A stretch of DNA of 64,000 nucleotides from Candidatus Methanomethylophilaceae archaeon. Lineage in GTDB: Archaea > Thermoplasmatota > Thermoplasmata > Methanomassiliicoccales > Methanomethylophilaceae. Position numbers and translations under genes: made by a program. The stretch lies in NCBI GenBank assembly GCA_944320495.1, contig CALUHR010000002.1:1-64000 (forward strand), given 5' to 3'. Position 1 is the first letter of the stretch. Each line of letters opens with the position of its first letter. The notes beneath the pieces were generated by a model, which saw only the letters and a list, made by a program, of their open reading frames with translations, did no database searches and was not told the origin of the DNA. Shown one piece after another: positions 18,654-27,779 of the stretch.

Positions 18654-20978
18654 ATGGACAGAAAGATCGTGGATGTAAACGAGCTGCACGTCGAAGACAT
18701 ACCGATAGTCGGAGGGAAGGGGGCAAACCTCGGGGAGCTCACCAACGCCGGCTTCCCGGTGCCCGAGGCATTCGTGCTTACCACCGAGTCCTACGACTAC
18801 TTTGTGAAAAGCGGGGACCTCATGCCCAAGGTCAACGAGAAGCTGGCCGGGATCGACAGGACCTCCGACGACAGCCTCGCCGAGGCATCCGCGCAGATCA
18901 GGGCCATCTTCGAGGAGTGCGACATCCCCGCGGACCTGAAGAAGGAGATCGTCTCCAGGTACAGGCTCCTGGTCCCAAAGGGCAAGGTCGGGTTCGTCGC
19001 GGTCCGCTCCAGCGCCACCGCCGAGGACCTGCCCGACGCGAGCTTCGCCGGACAGCAGGAGACCTACCTGAACGTCGCCGACGAGGACGACCTCATGGAC
19101 AAGATCAGGAAGTGCTGGTCCTCGCTGTTCACCGCCAGGGCCATCGCCTACCGCGAGAAGCAGGGCTACTCCCATGAGGATGTCAAGCTCGCGGTCGTCG
19201 TCCAGAGGATGGTCAACTCCGAGTTCTCCGGTATCATGTTCACCGTCGACCCCAACAGCGGCGCCAAGTACAGCGTCATCGAGGGAGGCTACGGGCTGGG
19301 AGAGGCCATCGTCGGAGGGGAGGTCACCCCCGACACCTACGTCGTCGACAAGCAGAAGATGGAGATCCTGAAGAAGAGAATCTCCACACAGACCTGGAAG
19401 TACATCCGCGGACCCAAGGGCGGTGTCGTCAAGGAGGACATGCCCAAGGACGCCGTCAAGGCCCAGAAGATCCCCGACTCCCGCGTGCAGGAGATCGCCG
19501 AGATCGGAAGGCAGATCGAGATCCACTACGAGAAGCCCATGGACATGGAGTGGTGCATCGAGGACGACAAGGTCTACATCGTCCAGGCGAGGCCCATCAC
19601 CGCCACCGGCAACTCCGCCACCAACGAGTCGATCGGCACCGTCGCTCACAGCGAGGACATCCTCGCCAGCGGACTCGGGGCCAGCCCCGGCCTCGCCACC
19701 GGCAGGGTCGTCATCTACGACATCAGCATGAGCCTGGACGCCGTCAAGGAGGGCGACGTCCTGGTCACCAAGATGACCATGCCCGACATGGTCCCCGCCA
19801 TGAGCAGGGCCGCGGGCATCGTCACCGACGAGGGAGGCATGACCTGCCACGCCGCCATCATCTCCAGGGAGCTCGGAACCCCCTGCGTCGTCGGTACCGG
19901 CAACGCCACCGAGGTCCTGAAGGACGGCATGGAGGTCACCGTCGACGGAACCACTGGAACCGTCTACAAGGGCGCCCTGAAGAACGCCGCCTCCGAGGAG
20001 CAGGCAGCCGCCCAGGGAGCACCCACCGCCATGGCGGAGTTCGTGCCGATCACCGGGACCAAGGTGATGGTCAACATGTCCATGCCCGCCAAGGCCGAGG
20101 AGATCGCCAAGCTCCAGTGCGACGGGGTCGGTCTGATGCGCAGCGAGTTCCTCTTCACCAACTACATCGGAGAGCACCCCTGCGCCGTCATCGAGGAGGG
20201 CAGGGCGGAGGAGCTCGTCGACAAGCTCGCGGAGGGCATCTCCAAGGTCTGCCGCGCGTTCTACCCCAGGCCCATCACCCTTCGCACGTCCGACTTCAAG
20301 ACCAACGAGTACAGGGACATGAAGGGCGGCGCGGACTACGAGCCCAACGAGGACAACCCCATGATCGGATGGAGGGGCTGCTCCAGGTACGTCTCCGACT
20401 CCTACCGCGAGGCGTTCATGTGCGAGCTCAGGGCCATCAAGAAGGTCAGGGACGAGATGGGCTTCAAGAACCTCAACATGATGCTCCCGTTCGTCAGGAC
20501 CATCGAGGAGGTCCAGGACATCACCGAGATGATGAGGGCCGTCGGCCTCCGCAGGGGCAGGGACTTCAAGCTGTACTTCATGGCCGAGGTCCCCGTGAAC
20601 ATCTTCATGGCCGACGAGTTCTGCAAGTACTGCGACGCGTTCTCCATCGGGTCGAACGACCTGACCCAACTCACCATGGGATCCGACAGGGACTCCGACA
20701 TCCTGGGCCACATGGGATACTTCGACGAGAGGCAGGAGGGCGTCAAGAGGGCCATCGCCCAGCTGATCAAGGTCGCCCACGAGAACGGTAAGTTCGTCAG
20801 CATCTGCGGGCAGGCCCCGTCCGTCTACCCCGAGTTCACCGAGTTCCTGGTCGAGCAGGGTATCGACTGCATCTCCCTCAACCCGGACACCTTCAACAAG
20901 ACCAAGAGGATCATCGCGTCCGCCGAGCAGCGCGTCCTGCTCAGGGACCTGAGGACCCTCAGGCAGAGGCTGAACTGA
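18654..20978 (+). CDS. ppsA: Phosphoenolpyruvate synthase
   Basis: VGGKGANLGEL, AVRSSATAEDL..ASFAGQQET, GGMTCHAAIISRELG, SIGSNDLTQL. Confidence 0.97.
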   Translation: MDRKIVDVNELHVEDIPIVGGKGANLGELTNAGFPVPEAFVLTTESYDYFVKSGDLMPKVNEKLAGIDRTSDDSLAEASAQIRAIFEECDIPADLKKEIVSRYRLLVPKGKVGFVAVRSSATAEDLPDASFAGQQETYLNVADEDDLMDKIRKCWSSLFTARAIAYREKQGYSHEDVKLAVVVQRMVNSEFSGIMFTVDPNSGAKYSVIEGGYGLGEAIVGGEVTPDTYVVDKQKMEILKKRISTQTWKYIRGPKGGVVKEDMPKDAVKAQKIPDSRVQEIAEIGRQIEIHYEKPMDMEWCIEDDKVYIVQARPITATGNSATNESIGTVAHSEDILASGLGASPGLATGRVVIYDISMSLDAVKEGDVLVTKMTMPDMVPAMSRAAGIVTDEGGMTCHAAIISRELGTPCVVGTGNATEVLKDGMEVTVDGTTGTVYKGALKNAASEEQAAAQGAPTAMAEFVPITGTKVMVNMSMPAKAEEIAKLQCDGVGLMRSEFLFTNYIGEHPCAVIEEGRAEELVDKLAEGISKVCRAFYPRPITLRTSDFKTNEYRDMKGGADYEPNEDNPMIGWRGCSRYVSDSYREAFMCELRAIKKVRDEMGFKNLNMMLPFVRTIEEVQDITEMMRAVGLRRGRDFKLYFMAEVPVNIFMADEFCKYCDAFSIGSNDLTQLTMGSDRDSDILGHMGYFDERQEGVKRAIAQLIKVAHENGKFVSICGQAPSVYPEFTEFLVEQGIDCISLNPDTFNKTKRIIASAEQRVLLRDLRTLRQRLN

Positions 20979-20985
20979 TCACAAA

Positions 20986-21003
20986 GAGGGCCTTCGGGCC
21001 CTC
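20986..21003 (+). terminator. GAGGGCC-UUCG-GGCCCUC hairpin plus pyrimidine tract after ppsA
   Basis: 7-bp stem, cUUCGg loop, 8 nt after the stop. Confidence 0.75.
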
Positions 21004-21303
21004 CCTTTAACCTTCTATTCATCGTCGTCTGATACCAGAAGCTGCCCCTCGACCGATATGCGGATTCATTAGGGAAATTCCAATGAATCTGACTTATCAG
21101 GGAAAATCGAATGAGCCCGTGTCAGACGACGGATCGAACGCCCCTACAGAGGTTCTACGGATATGGCCTGCGCGACTGTACGGAGGAGCAGGGCATCATC
21201 CTGATCGATCCGGATGCGCTGGTCGGGGATTCCCCGGTACTGGGACTCCGATCCGGACCCGACCCCGCTATATAGGGGGAGGCCTTCCGAGTGCGCGACC
21301 CAC

Positions 21304-22014
21304 ATGGGAGAATGGAAGGAGGCTCTGACCAAGGCATTCCCCTACACCATACCGGTGCTGGCGGGATATCTCTTCATAGGCGGAGCCTTCGGCGTCATGT
21401 TCGCCGACGAGGGCTACAGCGTCCTCTGGGCCATCCTCATGAGCATCGTCGTCTACGCCGGGTCCGGACAGTACCTGGCCACCACGTTCTTCGTTCCCGG
21501 TTTCTCGCTGGTGCAGGCAGCGTTCCTGACGATCATGGTCAACATCAGGCACGTGTTCTACGGCCTGTCCCTGGTGGACCGCTACAACCGCTACGGGAAG
21601 AAACGCTGGTACATGGTGTTCGGGATGACCGACGAGACCTACTCGCTCATCTGCACCACCGACGTCCCGGAGGGCGTGAGCGAGGAGAAGTTCCTGTTCT
21701 CGATCACGCTGCTGGACCAGCTCTACTGGATCCTCGGAACGATCGTCGGATCCCTGCTGATGTCGACCTTCGGATTCAACTCGGACGGGATCGAATTCGC
21801 CATGACGGCGCTGTTCATCGTGATGTTCATGGAGCTCTGGTACAGGCGCACGAACCGTCCGGCGGAGCTCATCGGCGCCGGTGCGTCCATCGTGTGCCTG
21901 GTGGTGTTCGGTGCGGACGGCTTCGTCCTTCCGGCGATGCTCCTGATGATCGCGATAATCCTGATCGCCCGCAGGAGACTGGACAGGAACACGGGAGGCG
22001 AGACGAATGCTTGA
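21304..22014 (+). CDS. azlC: AzlC-family branched-chain amino-acid transporter permease
   Basis: AFPYTIPVLAGY, YAGSGQY, MVNIRHVFYGLS, FGMTDETYS, FAMTALF. Confidence 0.95.
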   Translation: MGEWKEALTKAFPYTIPVLAGYLFIGGAFGVMFADEGYSVLWAILMSIVVYAGSGQYLATTFFVPGFSLVQAAFLTIMVNIRHVFYGLSLVDRYNRYGKKRWYMVFGMTDETYSLICTTDVPEGVSEEKFLFSITLLDQLYWILGTIVGSLLMSTFGFNSDGIEFAMTALFIVMFMELWYRRTNRPAELIGAGASIVCLVVFGADGFVLPAMLLMIAIILIARRRLDRNTGGETNA

Positions 22015-22339
22015 TCCGATACCCTCCCTGATAATGATCGCGGTGGTGGCCGTGGCGACCTTCGCCACTCGCGCCGCATCCTTCATCGCCTTCCCCAAGG
22101 GGAGGGAGATACCCCCGACCGTGAAGTACATCGGAGCCGTGCTCCCGCCGGCGGTGATCGGGATGCTCGTAGTGTACTGCCTCAGGTCCACGGAGGTCCT
22201 GGGATACCCGTACGGCATCCCCGAGCTGATAGCGTGCCTGGTCGTGATAGGGCTTCACGCCTGGAAGAGGAACGTCATCCTCAGCGTTGGGGTCGGCACC
22301 GTGCTGTACATGGCGCTGATACAGGCGGTGTTCGTGCGA
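22007..22339 (+). CDS. azlD: AzlD-family small subunit (ends at CGA 22337-22339; standard-code end 22591)
   Basis: ...LHAWKRNVILSVGVGTVLYMALIQAVFV then CGA, 2 nt from the stop of the convergent gene. Confidence 0.92.
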
Positions 22340-22341
22340 CG

Positions 22342-23184
22342 TCATTCGTCCTTGACGCTGTCCATCAGCCTCTGGTTGATACCGTCCGCCTCCTCCGACG
22401 GAAGGAGCATGGTGGTGATCTCCATGAACGGGTGCTTTGAGCCCTCGATGATGTTCACGTCGTCCAGAGTGCGGAGACCCCACCTCTCGGCGGTCTTCTC
22501 CAGACCGATCTTGGTGTCGAAGTCATTCGGTACGAGGACTATGGCCTTGAACTCCTTCAGACCGAGCTTCTTGGCGGCCATGATGCGGTGATGTCCGTCC
22601 ACCAGGAGATAGCCATTGCGCCTCTGCACGACGATGAGGGGCTCGTTGAGCCCGCGCTTGAGCTCGTACTGGCGGCCGATGAGCTCGTCCATGTACACCT
22701 CCTTCTGAGTGGGGATGATCATGTCGATGGGGATGTCCTTGTTGACCACCTTGAAGCGGAGGCTGTTCTGCTGCTCGAGGAAGTTCTTGACCGACATGAC
22801 CTTGCCCGGACGGGACTTCTCGATCTGGGAGCGGACGATGTCGATGTTGGAGATGATGCCGACGAGCTTCTTGTCGTCGTCCACGACCGGCAGGTTCCTG
22901 AGGCCGTATCTGAAGAGGATGCGGGTGGCGTCGTCGGTGGACATGGAGGGGATGGCGCAGAGCGTGCCCCTCTTCATGACGGAGCGGATCTTCGCATTGG
23001 GCTTGTCGATGTGGCGGAGCAGCTCCTTGGCGGTGACGAAACCCAGCAGATAGCCCTTCTCGGTGATCGGGAATCCGTGGAAGTTGGAGTTGATGATCTC
23101 CTGCCTCACCTGCTCCACGGTCATATCCGGGCTCACGGTGTGGACGTTCCTGATCATGTACTCTCCGACGGTTGCTTCTGGCAT
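22342..23184 (-). CDS. CBS-pair + ParB/sulfiredoxin-like domain protein
   Basis: Two CBS repeats (VSPDMTV...FHGFPI; RNLPVVDD) then IIPTQ...EPLIV...LLVDGHHRIMAA. Confidence 0.88.
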   Translation of the reverse strand: MPEATVGEYMIRNVHTVSPDMTVEQVRQEIINSNFHGFPITEKGYLLGFVTAKELLRHIDKPNAKIRSVMKRGTLCAIPSMSTDDATRILFRYGLRNLPVVDDDKKLVGIISNIDIVRSQIEKSRPGKVMSVKNFLEQQNSLRFKVVNKDIPIDMIIPTQKEVYMDELIGRQYELKRGLNEPLIVVQRRNGYLLVDGHHRIMAAKKLGLKEFKAIVLVPNDFDTKIGLEKTAERWGLRTLDDVNIIEGSKHPFMEITTMLLPSEEADGINQRLMDSVKDE

Positions 23185-23332
23185 CAGACCCCGAATCGGC
23201 GTTCGAGACATATAATCACTCACACATGGAGTTGATTGCCGACAAGGCGATTGGTCGTCGAGCAGACGGCGGGACCGTTGCATCAGAACGGATGTACGCT
23301 CACCGGACCGTGGCCGCCGGTGAGCGGCTACG

Positions 23333-23842
23333 TCGGACCCTGAACCTCCAGGGCCTGGTCCGGTCCTCCTCCGACGCATACCCGATACCGATGCGAGGGG
23401 ATGCGGTGTATCCCGGACGGCACCCGTTGTCTTCCATCCAGAGCACCCCGTCCGGAGACATCTCCGAGCCGTACATCGAGAGCTCCAGGCCCAGCTCCCT
23501 GCCGACCCTTCCCGGACCGTCGAAGCCGTCCACGCCACGAACCAGGACGCCCTCTGGATGGCCCTCATGTCCGGTGACAATGGTCAGCAGGTTGAACATA
23601 TGGCATCTGTGAACGTATGCCAGACCGCCCGATTCGAACATTATCCTCGCACGTCCGGTGGGACAGCGATGGGCATGACATGCCGTATCCTCCATCCCGT
23701 AGTAGATCTCGGTCTCCGTGACACGGTACCTGCGGACCCCGTCCAGGAAGCGACGGCAAAGGAGCTTTCCCAGCATGTCCGGGGCCAGCTCCGTCGCGGG
23801 ACGCGCGTAGTACGACCTATCCAGAACCGCCGAGTCGGCCAT
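23333..23842 (-). CDS. mpg: 3-methyladenine DNA glycosylase (ends at CGA 23335-23333; standard-code end 23300)
   Basis: LLGK-like LGKLL, VTETEIY, DTACHA, VLVRG..GPGR, SPRIGI...PWRF. Confidence 0.92.
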
Positions 23843-23946
23843 GAAGGAGTCATCGCAATCGGCGATGTAACGGAGCTGTCACCGCGGACATGGGCTGGCA
23901 ACCCTTTAAGGCGGAACCAGCGATACCCGCCACTCAGAGGCATAAC

Positions 23947-24771
23947 ATGGCAGGCAACGTCATGACCGCCGAGGCGATAGAGGAGCAGACCAGGCTCCAG
24001 GACACCCTCGGTCACATCAAGCACATCATCATCGTTATGAGCGGAAAGGGAGGCGTCGGGAAGAGCACCGTGTCCTCCAACCTGGCCACCGAACTCTCCA
24101 TGAGAGGCTACCAGGTGGGGCTCATGGACGTGGACATCACCGGACCCAACATCCCCAAGATGTTCGGCGTCGAGGACGAGAAGCTCCATGTCCTGGACGA
24201 GAGGCTCATCCCCGTCACTGTGCCACCCTCCATGAAGCTCATCTCCATGGCGTTCCTCCTTCCTGACAAGGACTCGCCGGTCATGTGGCGCGGACCCGTC
24301 AAGATGGGTGCCATCAAGCAGTTCATCGAGGACGTCAACTGGGGCGACCTCGACTACCTTGTGGTCGACATGCCCCCAGGAACCGGGGACGAGGCCCTGT
24401 CCATCGTACAGCTCATGCCCAAGGCCGACGGCATGATCATCGTCACCACCCCGCAGGACGTGGCGCTCCTGGACAGCAGGAAGTCCCTCAGGTTCGGAGC
24501 CGAGACCAACGTCCCGATCATCGGAATCGTCGAGAACATGAGCGGATTCGTCTGCCCGCACTGCGGCGAGGTGACGGACATCTTCAAGTCCGGAGGCGGG
24601 GAGAAGGCTGCGAAGGAGCTCAACGTGCAGTTCCTCGGGAAGGTCCCCATCGAACCGGGCGTCGTCGAGAGCGGCGACAGCGGCATGCCCGCGGTCCTGA
24701 AATACCCCGACTCCGCGTCGGCCAAGGCCTTCAAGACGATCGTCGACAAGGTCGTGAAGACGGTAGAATGA
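23947..24771 (+). CDS. mrp: Mrp/NBP35 (ApbC) Fe-S cluster carrier ATPase
   Basis: SGKGGVGKSTV, DVDITGPNIP, DMPPGTGD, ENMSGFVCPHC. Confidence 0.96.
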   Translation: MAGNVMTAEAIEEQTRLQDTLGHIKHIIIVMSGKGGVGKSTVSSNLATELSMRGYQVGLMDVDITGPNIPKMFGVEDEKLHVLDERLIPVTVPPSMKLISMAFLLPDKDSPVMWRGPVKMGAIKQFIEDVNWGDLDYLVVDMPPGTGDEALSIVQLMPKADGMIIVTTPQDVALLDSRKSLRFGAETNVPIIGIVENMSGFVCPHCGEVTDIFKSGGGEKAAKELNVQFLGKVPIEPGVVESGDSGMPAVLKYPDSASAKAFKTIVDKVVKTVE

Positions 24772-25115
24772 GAATACTCGTCGTATCAGAGGGGGAGTCC
24801 CTGGACTCCTACGTGGCCGATGACTTCGGCCACGCCCCCTGCTTCCTCCTCGTCGACTCGGAGACGCTGGACTACAGCGCCATAATCAACGAGTTCGTCA
24901 ACGAGGAGGGCGCCGGCATGGCGGTCGCCAGGGCAATCGTGGGCCTGAAGGTCGATGCCGTGCTCACCGGGGGAATCGGAATGCACGGGATGCAGATCCT
25001 CCGCGAAGCGGGGATAGACGTGTCGTCCGATGAGGAGGGGACGGTCGAGGAGGCCGTCACCGACTACCTGAGACGCATAGAGCGCAGGAAGAAGTTCGAG
25101 TCCCAGGGACAGTGA
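24768..25115 (+). CDS. NifB/NifX-family (FeMo-co-binding-like) protein
   Basis: DDFGHAPCFLLVD...GAGMAVA...DAVLTGGIG...GTVEEAV; ATGA overlap with mrp. Confidence 0.9.
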   Translation: MRILVVSEGESLDSYVADDFGHAPCFLLVDSETLDYSAIINEFVNEEGAGMAVARAIVGLKVDAVLTGGIGMHGMQILREAGIDVSSDEEGTVEEAVTDYLRRIERRKKFESQGQ

Positions 25116-25171
25116 AACGGGACGGGCCTCCGGCCCGTCCATTATTCTCACGGCCGATGCAGGCCCGGCTG

Positions 25172-25867
25172 TCACTGGTCTATCCTTCCGTAGAACAATA
25201 CGGTGTACGCATGTATGGTGAGCGCCGCGACCATCCCGGCGGATGCCACGAATACCGCGACTGTGAATCCCTGATCCCATCCGAAGGTGAACGAGAGCAT
25301 CGATCCAAGTACTAAGGCCAGTAGGAGAAGCCCCCCTCCGACCGTTCCGGTGATGGCCGTCACATGACCGCTGTAATGACCGTACCTGTGCCCAAGACCG
25401 AGAAGCTCGCTCTCCCTTATCGAGCGATAGATTGATCCTCCGTTCAGGTACCACGCGTTCTGGAACACGGTCCCCAGCAGGAAGAGGGTGGCACAGGCCA
25501 ACATGGCCGTTCCCGTCATCGCATCAACGACGAACGAGACGATGGCCGCGAGGATCATGGACGGAAGGGCGATGACGAGACAGGAGAGGTTCCTGGACGT
25601 CACCAGGTCCCTCCTGTCTACGACCGTCACGACGAACGTTCTCCATCCACCTCCCTCCGACCTGACTCCGAAATCCCTGACCTTGAACACCGCTCCGACC
25701 ATCTCCACCATGACCACTGCTGCGAATAGGGAGACCGTCACGGGGATGACGGGGCCGTCGCTCAGCAGCGCGGCCGCCGTCGCCACCGCGGATGCCGCGG
25801 CATATGCGACCGCCAACCACCTCAGCGATTGGAGGTTCAGCCTGAGGAGCGCCGCGACACCCGTCAT
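25172..25867 (-). CDS. ABC-2 type transporter permease (second, divergent copy)
   Basis: About 6 hydrophobic segments; ATGA overlap with upstream permease. Confidence 0.75.
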   Translation of the reverse strand: MTGVAALLRLNLQSLRWLAVAYAAASAVATAAALLSDGPVIPVTVSLFAAVVMVEMVGAVFKVRDFGVRSEGGGWRTFVVTVVDRRDLVTSRNLSCLVIALPSMILAAIVSFVVDAMTGTAMLACATLFLLGTVFQNAWYLNGGSIYRSIRESELLGLGHRYGHYSGHVTAITGTVGGGLLLLALVLGSMLSFTFGWDQGFTVAVFVASAGMVAALTIHAYTVLFYGRIDQ

Positions 25868-26478
25868 AGGTCCCTCGATTCGAGCCTGCGGCAGGAGGCC
25901 TTGTAGGCGACGGCGATCGCGACCACGGCGATGACGGCCATGACCACGATCACGGAGACCGCTCCGTCCAGCATCTCGGTCATTATGATGGATCCCGAGA
26001 CCATCGCGATGATGCTCACCACCATTATGCCGGTGGACATATACTGGGCCTTGGCGCTGTCCCCCGTCCAGTAGGTTATCGCTATCGTGAGGCACATCAC
26101 CACCATGGCGACTATCGCCCCGAGGGCCACTCCCTGGAGGTTCTCCACAAGGGTCATCTCGTTGAATCCGGCGACCGTGAACACGACGGCGGCGATCAGC
26201 CCTATCAGCGTCCCCATCGCGACGAATACGGCCCCTGCCTCGAACTTGGAGAGCACGAGCGTCCTCCTGGGTATTCCGGAGGACACTGCGAAGGTGTTCC
26301 ACTGGCACTGCTCGTCCCATGTCAGGGTGCTGTTGCCGATGTTGCAGAATAGCAGCGTGACGATCATCGGCCCTGTCCAGGAGTCCTTGAACAGGAGACC
26401 GAACACCAGCGCGAACAGGAGTATGGCGAACACACCGGACCTCGCGGAGTACAGGTCCTTCCATACCAGACCGATCAT
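25864..26478 (-). CDS. ABC-2 type transporter permease
   Basis: MIGLVWKDLY...WDEQCQWNTFAVSSGIPRRTLVLSKF (ABC2_membrane_5-like). Confidence 0.88.
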   Translation of the reverse strand: MIGLVWKDLYSARSGVFAILLFALVFGLLFKDSWTGPMIVTLLFCNIGNSTLTWDEQCQWNTFAVSSGIPRRTLVLSKFEAGAVFVAMGTLIGLIAAVVFTVAGFNEMTLVENLQGVALGAIVAMVVMCLTIAITYWTGDSAKAQYMSTGIMVVSIIAMVSGSIIMTEMLDGAVSVIVVMAVIAVVAIAVAYKASCRRLESRDL

Positions 26479-27326
26479 GGCCTCTCACCCCTCACGGTCA
26501 TGATGAGGATGTCCTCGAGGGATGCGTCGTCCACGACCAGCTCCGGGAAGGCCTCACGGACCCCGTGCTTGTCCCTCACCAGGGCAGAGACGCTGTACCC
26601 TTCGCGCCTGATGCTGACCACGTCGTCCCTGTCGAGCGCGGAGATCGCGGACTCCCCTCCCTTGGCGATGCCGTAGCTGTCGAGGATGTCGTCCTTCGCA
26701 CCGCTCATGACGATGCGACCTGCGTGCATGAACACTATGTAGTCCGCTATCCTCTCGAGGTCGGACGTGATGTGTGACGAGATTATCGCCGTGTGGCCCT
26801 CGTCCATCATGTATCCGCGGACCTGGTCCAGGAACTCGTCCCTGGCCGCCGGGTCCATCCCGGCGGTCGGCTCGTCCATGATTATCATGTCCGGGGAGTG
26901 GGCCATCGCCACGGCGACCTGCACCTTCATCCTCATACCGCGGGAGTACTCCTTGACCCTCTTGTCCATGGGTATGCCGTACTCGGACATCATGTCCTCG
27001 AAGACCTTCCCGTCCCACCTCTCGAAGAGCATGGACATGAGCTTGGACAGGTGTCTCCCGTCGAAGTTCGCCATGAACTTGCACTCGTCGAAGACGACGC
27101 CGATCCTCGACCTGTCCGCCTCCGCGAAGGGCTGGCCGAACAGGCGTATCTCTCCGGCGTCCGGGATGTTGGCACCCGTTATGCACTTTATGAGCGTCGT
27201 CTTTCCCGCCCCGTTCTCACCTATCAGCCCGACCACATACCCGGTCGGTATGACCAGGTCGAGCCCGTCCATCGAGAAGTCCCCGCGCCTCTTGCAGAGG
27301 CCCCTGATCTCTACAGCGTTGTCCAT
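26475..27326 (-). CDS. ABC transporter ATP-binding protein (YtrB-like)
   Basis: GENGAGKTT, YSRGMRMK, IIMDEPTAGMDP, SSHITSDLE. Confidence 0.95.
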   Translation of the reverse strand: MDNAVEIRGLCKRRGDFSMDGLDLVIPTGYVVGLIGENGAGKTTLIKCITGANIPDAGEIRLFGQPFAEADRSRIGVVFDECKFMANFDGRHLSKLMSMLFERWDGKVFEDMMSEYGIPMDKRVKEYSRGMRMKVQVAVAMAHSPDMIIMDEPTAGMDPAARDEFLDQVRGYMMDEGHTAIISSHITSDLERIADYIVFMHAGRIVMSGAKDDILDSYGIAKGGESAISALDRDDVVSIRREGYSVSALVRDKHGVREAFPELVVDDASLEDILIMTVRGERP

Positions 27327-27701
27327 TCACTCACCGTCGTACTCGATGTCGAGGATCTCGTGCAGCTCCTCGCGGGAGATGCCCGCACGCCTGGCGATCT
27401 CCACGGCCCTGCCGATGTGCGCCTCCGCCTCGCGGAGGTTGCTCTCCCTCAGGAGCTGGGGATCCTGGGCAGCCACGAAGCTCCCCTTCCCGGTGACCGT
27501 CTCTATGAAGCCCTCGGCCTCGAGGTCGTTGTACGCCCTCTTGGTGGTGATCACGCTGACCCTCAGGTCCGCGGCTAGGATGCGCATGCTCGGCAGGGGG
27601 TCCCCTGCCTTCAGCGAGCCCGCCATTATCTGGGCCTTGATCTGGTCCGTGATCTGCTCGTAGATCGGTTTACCGCTGGAGTTGCTGATGACTATCTCCA
27701 T
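27327..27701 (-). CDS. GntR/YtrA-family transcriptional regulator
   Basis: KPIYEQITDQIK...LPSMRILAADLRVSVITTKRAYNDLEAEGFI..V.GKGSFV. Confidence 0.95.
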   Translation of the reverse strand: MEIVISNSSGKPIYEQITDQIKAQIMAGSLKAGDPLPSMRILAADLRVSVITTKRAYNDLEAEGFIETVTGKGSFVAAQDPQLLRESNLREAEAHIGRAVEIARRAGISREELHEILDIEYDGE

Positions 27702-27741
27702 CGATTCCTCACGGTGATGTGTATGTGATGGTCGTATATAA

Positions 27742-27762
27742 GTGTATATGCACGGTATACAC
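27742..27762. promoter_or_regulatory. Inverted repeat GTGTATA-N7-TATACAC, candidate YtrA operator next to TATA box
   Basis: Perfect 7-bp arms, adjacent to minus-strand TTATATA at about 27735-27741, 40 nt upstream of the gntR start. Confidence 0.7.
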
Positions 27763-27779
27763 ACTAATCACATGTGACC

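Noticed and set aside
18621-20780. 719-aa minus-strand ORF
   Set aside because: Antisense shadow of ppsA; similar shadows cover serS (32473-33822), porA and the PFL-like gene.
21144-21332. 62-aa minus-strand ORF ending in TAG
   Set aside because: Overlaps the azlC start and its TATA-like element; no family match, even with amber readthrough.
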